A program made the translations under genes and the position numbers. Below, one piece after another: positions 57,354 to 64,000 of a DNA stretch of 64,000 bases; position 1 is the stretch's first letter; each line of letters starts with the position of its first letter. The notes under the pieces were generated by a model, which saw only the letters and a list, made by a program, of their open reading frames with translations, searched no databases and was not told the origin of the DNA. Location of the stretch: assembly GCF_964355755.1 (NCBI RefSeq), contig NC_092680.1:7936001-8000000 (forward strand), read 5' to 3'. This DNA comes from Antedon mediterranea. Taxonomy: Eukaryota > Animalia > Echinodermata.

Positions 57354-60300
57354 ATGAACAACTCGCGAGCAGGGATCCTTGTCGTAATATCAGGGTTTCT
57401 CTTTCATGTCATATTTTTTGGTTTCATATTAAATTATAATGTTATGTATCTCGGGCTGCAAAATCATTTTAATTCTACAGAGATTGAAACAGGTAAGTAA
57501 TCTGATTTGTATATTTAACATCAGTATGCTGAAAAGAATTGTTTTGTGGTTTATGGAAGTAACATCATACCTATGATATAGTTGAATTCGGACCTAGATA
57601 GCTGTATTGTATGTGAGCCCAACAGCTGGTGTTAAGACCTTACTGAGAAAAAACAGAGCACTACCTGAATAATACGTTCTCATAGTGCTGTTTGTGAATT
57701 AATTTGTAGTCGGGGTTTCTCGTTTTATCGAAAAAGAGGGACTCATGGAGAGTCGATCGTGCCAATATCTGTTAGAGGTCTAATACCACCCATCCAATCC
57801 CTTGTAAGGCTACTCAATAAAGACGTTGATGTTTAAATTCAAACAGAAGGCGTTTAATGATCAGGCGCCTTCCGTTTGACGAACGGAAGTTGACGTGAAA
57901 CAAATTCGGAATTCACAGTTAGAAGGCAGTAGGCCTACGTAAATATAAAACAAATTAAATTCATTCGTACTTTAATGTATTGTACTATGTACTTGGTTGT
58001 ACTATTCATCAGTTCTATTGTCATCCAGTGACATCTTTTATTTGTATTTGTGTGTGAGTGTGTGTGTGTGCTTTAATTAGTATTATTTGTACATTTATTT
58101 ATGCTATATGCATATATTCATCTAATACCGTAACTATATAGCGTCTGTTTTATAATTACCTTATATTTCATATACACGGCCAAATCCAGTCAAGCGAAAT
58201 CTTTTTATTTGGTCTTTTTGTCAAATAAGTTGAGTAATTTGTGTAAGAGATATGTAACAATAGGCCTACGGTCTTTTAAAGCTGCTTATCATAATATCAT
58301 CAGTGAGCATTATGCATTACTCAACAATTCCTATAGATTTATTAACGCATGACGATTTTTCTTTCTTCCAGGTATTCCAGGGTACGTTTCATATGGAATA
58401 TTTAGCCTGGCAACACCTCTGTCAACTGTTTTCTTTACACTCACCAATCACCGCACGGTCGTAATAACCGGAGTCATCTTATGTTGTGCTAGTCTTGTAA
58501 TATCGGCTTTGGTGGCTAGTATTTATATCTTGATTTTTTCCTTTGGCGTACTTTTTGGTTTAGGAGCTAACTTTTTTCACATCCCATCATTGCATATACT
58601 TATTTATTATTACTCAGGAAAACGTTATAATCAGGCTTGTGTTGCTGTGAGTACTGGTGTGGGAGCAGGTAATACTATACATAATTAAAATGCAATACAG
58701 CTGTTAACTTAGCCACCAAGTTACCCCACTTATCCTTATCACCCACTAACATAAAAATCGACCAGTAATCTAATGTTGTACAAATAATGAATGTTTATGA
58801 GTGTAATGGTACAAATGGTATAAGGTTATATTTCAATGAGGCGAAGCCGAGTTGAAATATAACATTTTATCATTTACCAAAATGCCATTATTTTGTACTA
58901 TTACACGAATATAAAACATTCATTATCTGCTTTATATAACATCTAAATAGATTCCTGTCATTTGAATCAGATTGAATAAAAGGTATGCATACTAGCTAGG
59001 CCTAGCCTACATTGAAGTAAAAAATAGGTGACGCTGTTGTATTTCAAAAGCAATAGTATAAACAAATATTTTCTAAACGCGAAAAGATTTTTTTTTTCGT
59101 ACACGAAAAAATACTATTTACCGACTGTTCAATAGTGCGTACTATTGCACGCCATATGACCCATACTCGCCTAATCAAATGACAGGAATTTATTTAGGTG
59201 TTATATAATAAGCATTAAAGCTTGGGTCTTCCCACTACGACGCAACGCAAGGACCAATCACAAGCGATGGATAATCTAAAAATTAAAAAAAATAAAAAAA
59301 TTCACTGCCAGAAACCTGCTCACCTGTCCGTCATTTTACTATTTTAAATAAATTGTCATATTTTTTTTTAATGAACGCTATATTTTCAAAACGCATTGTT
59401 TGGAGATTAGCAGAACAGGCTTCCCTCTTATTGATCAATATTAACACACATCATTGTTATTTCATTACACAGGTATTTTAGTATCATCTTTACTGTTAGA
59501 GAAAATGTTTATTGAATTTGGTTTGAAGAATACGTTTCTAATATACGGTGGTTGCGCACTCTGCATTGGTCTTCTGTTATCCATAACAATGGTGGTACCT
59601 AGGCAGGACAATGATGAGACCAAGACAGTTTCAGATAGTTACCTGGTTGTTAAAGAAGCTGAAACCGTTATTGAAAGAGATGTAAAACAAGGCGATAATT
59701 CGAATAATGTCAATTTAATTTCGGATGTTAAACCAACTGAAATAAGTCGTGATGAAAGTGAATGTACTTTCGTACGCGAAGATGAACCGTTGCCATCATC
59801 ACCAACAGTAGACAAACGGGAAACATCTAATTTGATGGGCGGACGCAAGGATTTTGAAAATGGATCCACATCTAGCCATATTGATAAAACTACTGCAATT
59901 AAGAAAAACACAAAATTCAACAGTTTAAAACTATTCTTAGATATGATTAAAACTGTAAATTTTTGGTTATGCTTTCCCATGTTTATGCTGTTTTACATAG
60001 CAATTCCATTTAGTCTTGTTAGCCTGGTAAGTTGTTTAATTTGTAGTTATAAAATTGGTAATTTGTCTATCTACCAAACTTATTGCATTCCAAACAATTC
60101 TTGTTTCAAATTAATTTAGCTAGACGTTTCATTTTTTATCAATTTAATTGTAAACCACCCCTATTCCTGTGAAATAAACAAGAGACAATTATGTTTTAAC
60201 ACTATGTGGCCAGTCCATTAAAGGGACACTTGGTGGGTATCAAATGTGTCCCTTTAATAGGGTTCTATTGTATTATTTATATTCAGAGCAGCTTTATGAG

Positions 60301-61696
60301 TGAGAGAGGAATTGCTTCGCACGTGATCGTTCGGACTCTAAGTCTGATGGGAGTCATCGACCTAGCAACACGATCAACGTATGTATTAGTTGCAAGATGT
60401 CTACCGTTGTCAACATGTAACATGGTTGCTATTATGAGTTGCATTTGTGCTGTCTTGTCTATTTTACTGTCACGACTCAGCATATCAAATGATGTCATTG
60501 TTATGTTGGCAGTAGGTGGGTTCAAATATGTTCATACATATTAAGTGGGGTGTATTTAAAAACCTGGAAAGAAAATCGAGTCTAATCCCTAACAATGAAG
60601 CTCAATTCACGACTACGAGTGATTACATGTTCACTTTGTTTAGTTTTTACTATGCTAATGTGTTAGAAATCATCTGGAAATCAGTAATCATTCATGTTAT
60701 TGTGCGCATGCAGAGATATTGGAACTTGTGTACGGGTTTGATGGTTTCTAGGTCCAGGTGAAGACTGACCTCAACTGACCTAGGTTGGTCCGTCTTCGTA
60801 AATCGAAAGCTCCCTCTGCAGCTATTGATTGGGGGAAAACAGTTAATAATGTTGTAATGCATGACTATCGCGAGGCTTTTCTTTCTATTCAGTTGCTGTT
60901 GCCCAAATCAACCCGGGTAATTACTGTATAAAGAGAGTTTAGTTAGTTTTACCATATTTTCATTGTGTTAATATTTAATATTATTTTGATATCATTTTGT
61001 ACACAGGTTTTAGTTGTCCAAGGGCATTCTTACTCATGCTAACACTTCCCATTTGTACAGAAGTATTTGGGAAGAAAAAATCTGCAATCGCGATGTCGCT
61101 GTCGTATTTTTTCATTGGAACTGGAACTCTACTTAGTCAACCGTTATTAGGTAAAGACTTTTAGGATATTATAATACTACTGTATTCTATAGGTGAATTG
61201 CCTCGATTTATATGCACAATAATCATCCTGTCTACACTATCAACTGTTACGTGCCAAAAAATGTGATGTTCTTATATACAGTATATGGACATGATAATGT
61301 CATATCACTACCAGGTAACCATATCACTACCATATTTGGGCACATCACACTTTGTCAAACTAGTCTGATAGTGTAGACAGAGCTTTAAGATAATAGGTTA
61401 GTTGTTAATCGTGCTTCAATAATTTGCCAGTGTATCACGAAAGTGATTTTTTAACCATTACCATCCAATGGTATCTTTGTTACGGTAATAGCAATGATGA
61501 ATTATTTAAACATAAAAAAATATATTGTTTAACTTTTGCAGGTACTGTCTACTCTACTACTGACTCATACAGTACTACGCTTCATGTGTGTACAGTACTA
61601 TACGCAATACCTGCGGTGTCATACTGGATACTTACCCTAAGGCTCAGGCGGGTAAAGAAACAGCAACGTAAAAATAAATTTTCAAACTTTTTATAA
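57354..61696 (+). CDS. Monocarboxylate transporter family (SLC16/MCT, MFS) protein, 6 coding exons
   Basis: Exons 57354-57492 (GILVVISGFLFHVIFFG..LQNHFNS), 58372-58668 (TNHRTVVITG..FSFGVLFGLGANF..YYSGKR), 59473-60026 (FGLKNTFLIYGG, long central loop, TM7), 60287-60515 (MGVIDLATR), 61007-61150 (EVFGKKKSAIAMS), 61542-61696 (GTVYSTTDSY). Phases compatible; ~12 hydrophobic segments. Confidence 0.88.
58784..59210. mobile_element. Double-hairpin non-autonomous element (possibly Crypton-like)
   Basis: Hairpin 1 58784-58926 centred on gaggcgaagccgag; hairpin 2 ttatataacatctaaatagattcctgtcatttga / tcaaatgacaggaatttatttaggtgttatataa. Right part also present at ~44320-44458. Confidence 0.6.
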
Positions 61697-62714
61697 ATTG
61701 ATGCATCATGTTGATTCACTGTTTTCATTTACAATAAGCTTGTATTGTTATATTGTATTGGTGTCAGAATGTACAGCTCATGTAGGGCAAAGGTTGCATA
61801 CACGATACGCTAGGCTGTTTACTGTCGTTAGACGTGATACCGCACATATCAGAAGGGAATTTATTGATTCATGTTGCTTCATTATTCGCCGATTTATTTT
61901 TATTATTTATTTTATAGCAACGGGGGCGTAATGATAATTTGTATCATCTTCGTATAAAGTTTTATACGTTTAGAGATATACAGAACAAATGTATGATATA
62001 AACGAAAAGGTATGCACTAATATTAATTGATAATCAGGACGGTCTTCCAAAGTGATGTCTTCCATAAGTGCACAAGTAATAAGTGCTCAACTTATATTGT
62101 TGGTTTCAAAAGTTCCATCCATTGCAAGATACTGTAGGCTGTTTATTGTCGCAAGAAATGATGCCACGTGTAACGGAATGGTGTTTATCATCACAGAACC
62201 GATTCATTTCAGCCGATTCTCGGTACTGTATCTATTTCCAAAGTATCACAGGAATATTTGGTAGTACAACATCACGTGTATTTCACGTGTATCTAGTAGC
62301 AACGGCGGAGTAAAAATAGTATTTGTTTAGAATTTGTTTTAAAGTTTTATAGGTTTAAAGATATAAGAAGAAAACAAATGAAAAGGTATATGCATAAATA
62401 ATATTGATAATCTAATACGTGTCTTCCATAATAAGAGCACAGAAAATCTAAAATGATATATGCATCGCTGTTACAATGCGATTCGATCATTACACCTACA
62501 AATAGGCCTATATGCCACCAGTATTTACAGTGACAAAATGGTGTACAGTTTGAGGAATACAGGAGATTTATAATCGTTCTTGTTAATATCTATATTTATT
62601 TTGAAATTATTTTTGTTACGAATAAAATATAATTTAATTAAAAATCATTTCACGCTTCTATTTCCTCTTCTTTGCTATTCAACCCAATTTATGATTCCAA
62701 GGTTTAGGTTATTA

Positions 62715-63843
62715 TCACTCCATATTTGGTCTAGTTTCATTTCTTTGATTCTTATATAACCTGCCTCTGCCCCTGTTTAACCGGAAAACAACAACACCAA
62801 ACGACAATCCAGATATGGCATAAAGAACAGCACATATGTGTAACGTCAGTTTGTACGAACCGGTTGAATCATATAGGTTATCTTAAAAATAAAATAGTAA
62901 TCTTGTTAATATAATCAATATTCACATATTTTACAAAATCCTTCCTTTTTTCTTACTTTTTCTATTAATCAACTGAGTTAAATCACCATTGTTTATCATA
63001 TTATAGTAGCTCTGATATTATTTCAGTTAGTTCTTATAGGCATACTTAACCGTTCATAAATGTCAAAAATTAATGTTCTCTCTTGAACAAATACAATTGA
63101 AGTAGGCCTACACAGTATGAAAAAAGACTATCATTATAATTGAACAATTTACCTGCAACTGCTTGGCTTACTATCGACCCTACACCTATAAGAGAGTAGG
63201 CCACAGACATCGCCTCCGCCGATAATTGTTTCCCAAATATTTCAACACAAACGGGAAGAACGAGCATCAGTAAGCAAGTTCTTGGTAAACTTAACCCTAA
63301 ACAAAAAGAAAATATAACTTGTCAATGTGAACGTTCTACGCTGATTAGAATTAAGTCATACCTCATTGAGCCTAGTCTACTCTAGCAAACTTTTGTTTTA
63401 AACCGTGCACTCCACTATTATTTAGGGAGTATTACTGAGGCTGTCAACTTGAAGATCACATTTACTTTAGCTAGGCTAGGGTTACTACGGTACACATAAA
63501 GATATCTAATAACGGGAAAGTATAAGTAAGTTATCACTATTTTGAAATGTATAGGCCTACAGTCTTCAAAATGATGTATTCCAAAACAAAAACAAAAACA
63601 AAACATGAGGGGCTTACCTATTAACAAAACATTGACGAATGTATTTGATATATTGAGAGATAGTAATATGGATATAACAAATAGAGCTAAGTTCATTATG
63701 GTAATAATGAAAGTAAGAGAAGTTGGAAGCCAACTTGCAACCAGTACAAAGAGAACACGTGTCATAAGATCAGTAAACCCCATGCCGCTCAAAACACGCA
63801 CAATCTCTTGTGATGTAGCACCTCTATCATTCATAAAGTTACC
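62715..63843 (-). CDS. Second SLC16/MCT-family paralog, last three exons (5' part lies beyond the window)
   Basis: Minus-strand exons 63843-63618 (GNFMNDRGATSQEIVRVLSGMGFTDLMTRV), 63296-63153 (LSLPRTCLLMLVLPVCVEIFGKQLSAEAMS), 62881-62715 (NLYDSTGSYKLTLHICAVLYAI...PNME*). Same intron positions and phases as exons 4-6 of the plus-strand gene. Confidence 0.88.
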
Positions 63844-64000
63844 CTGCAGAAAAATATAAAATCAAACAAAAGTTTTCAAATCGGTTATTGACCAATGATG
63901 ATCAATTAACATGTGTCAAACGCTGACGTGCGGCGTGGACACGTTGTCTTTTTTATTTAAGATTAAGTTTGAAATAAGAATTTACAGTACAGTATTTAGT

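Overview
AT-rich, intron-rich animal genomic DNA, probably from a marine invertebrate deuterostome such as an echinoderm (inferred from gene content and repeat types, not provable here). Manual GT-AG exon assembly supports six protein-coding genes: (1) an ANKDD1A-like ankyrin+death-domain gene ending in a CaaX box (+, 1087-13458); (2) a type I membrane protein SP-MAM-MAM-EGF-EGF-7x(12-aa Cys/Trp repeat)-TM (+, 22793-27344); (3) its larger tandem paralog SP-MAM-MAM-EGFx2-mucin-EGFx2-ShKTx2-EGFx8-mucin-TM (+, 28627-45255); (4) a 3-exon stefin/cystatin-A/B-like gene absent from the ORF track, with a rewritten reactive loop (-, 49436-50674); (5,6) two convergent SLC16/MCT-family transporter paralogs (+, 57354-61696; -, 62715 to beyond the window edge). 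Between and within the genes are a ~7 kb doubly palindromic satellite split at a palindrome axis by an RTE-like LINE, a 122-bp satellite, a 25-bp minisatellite, RTE and L1/Tx1 LINE fragments, SINE remnants and several MITE families. The octamer TAGGCCTA is strongly over-represented in non-coding DNA. No prokaryotic system or CRISPR array is present. All calls come from reading the sequence; no database search was run.
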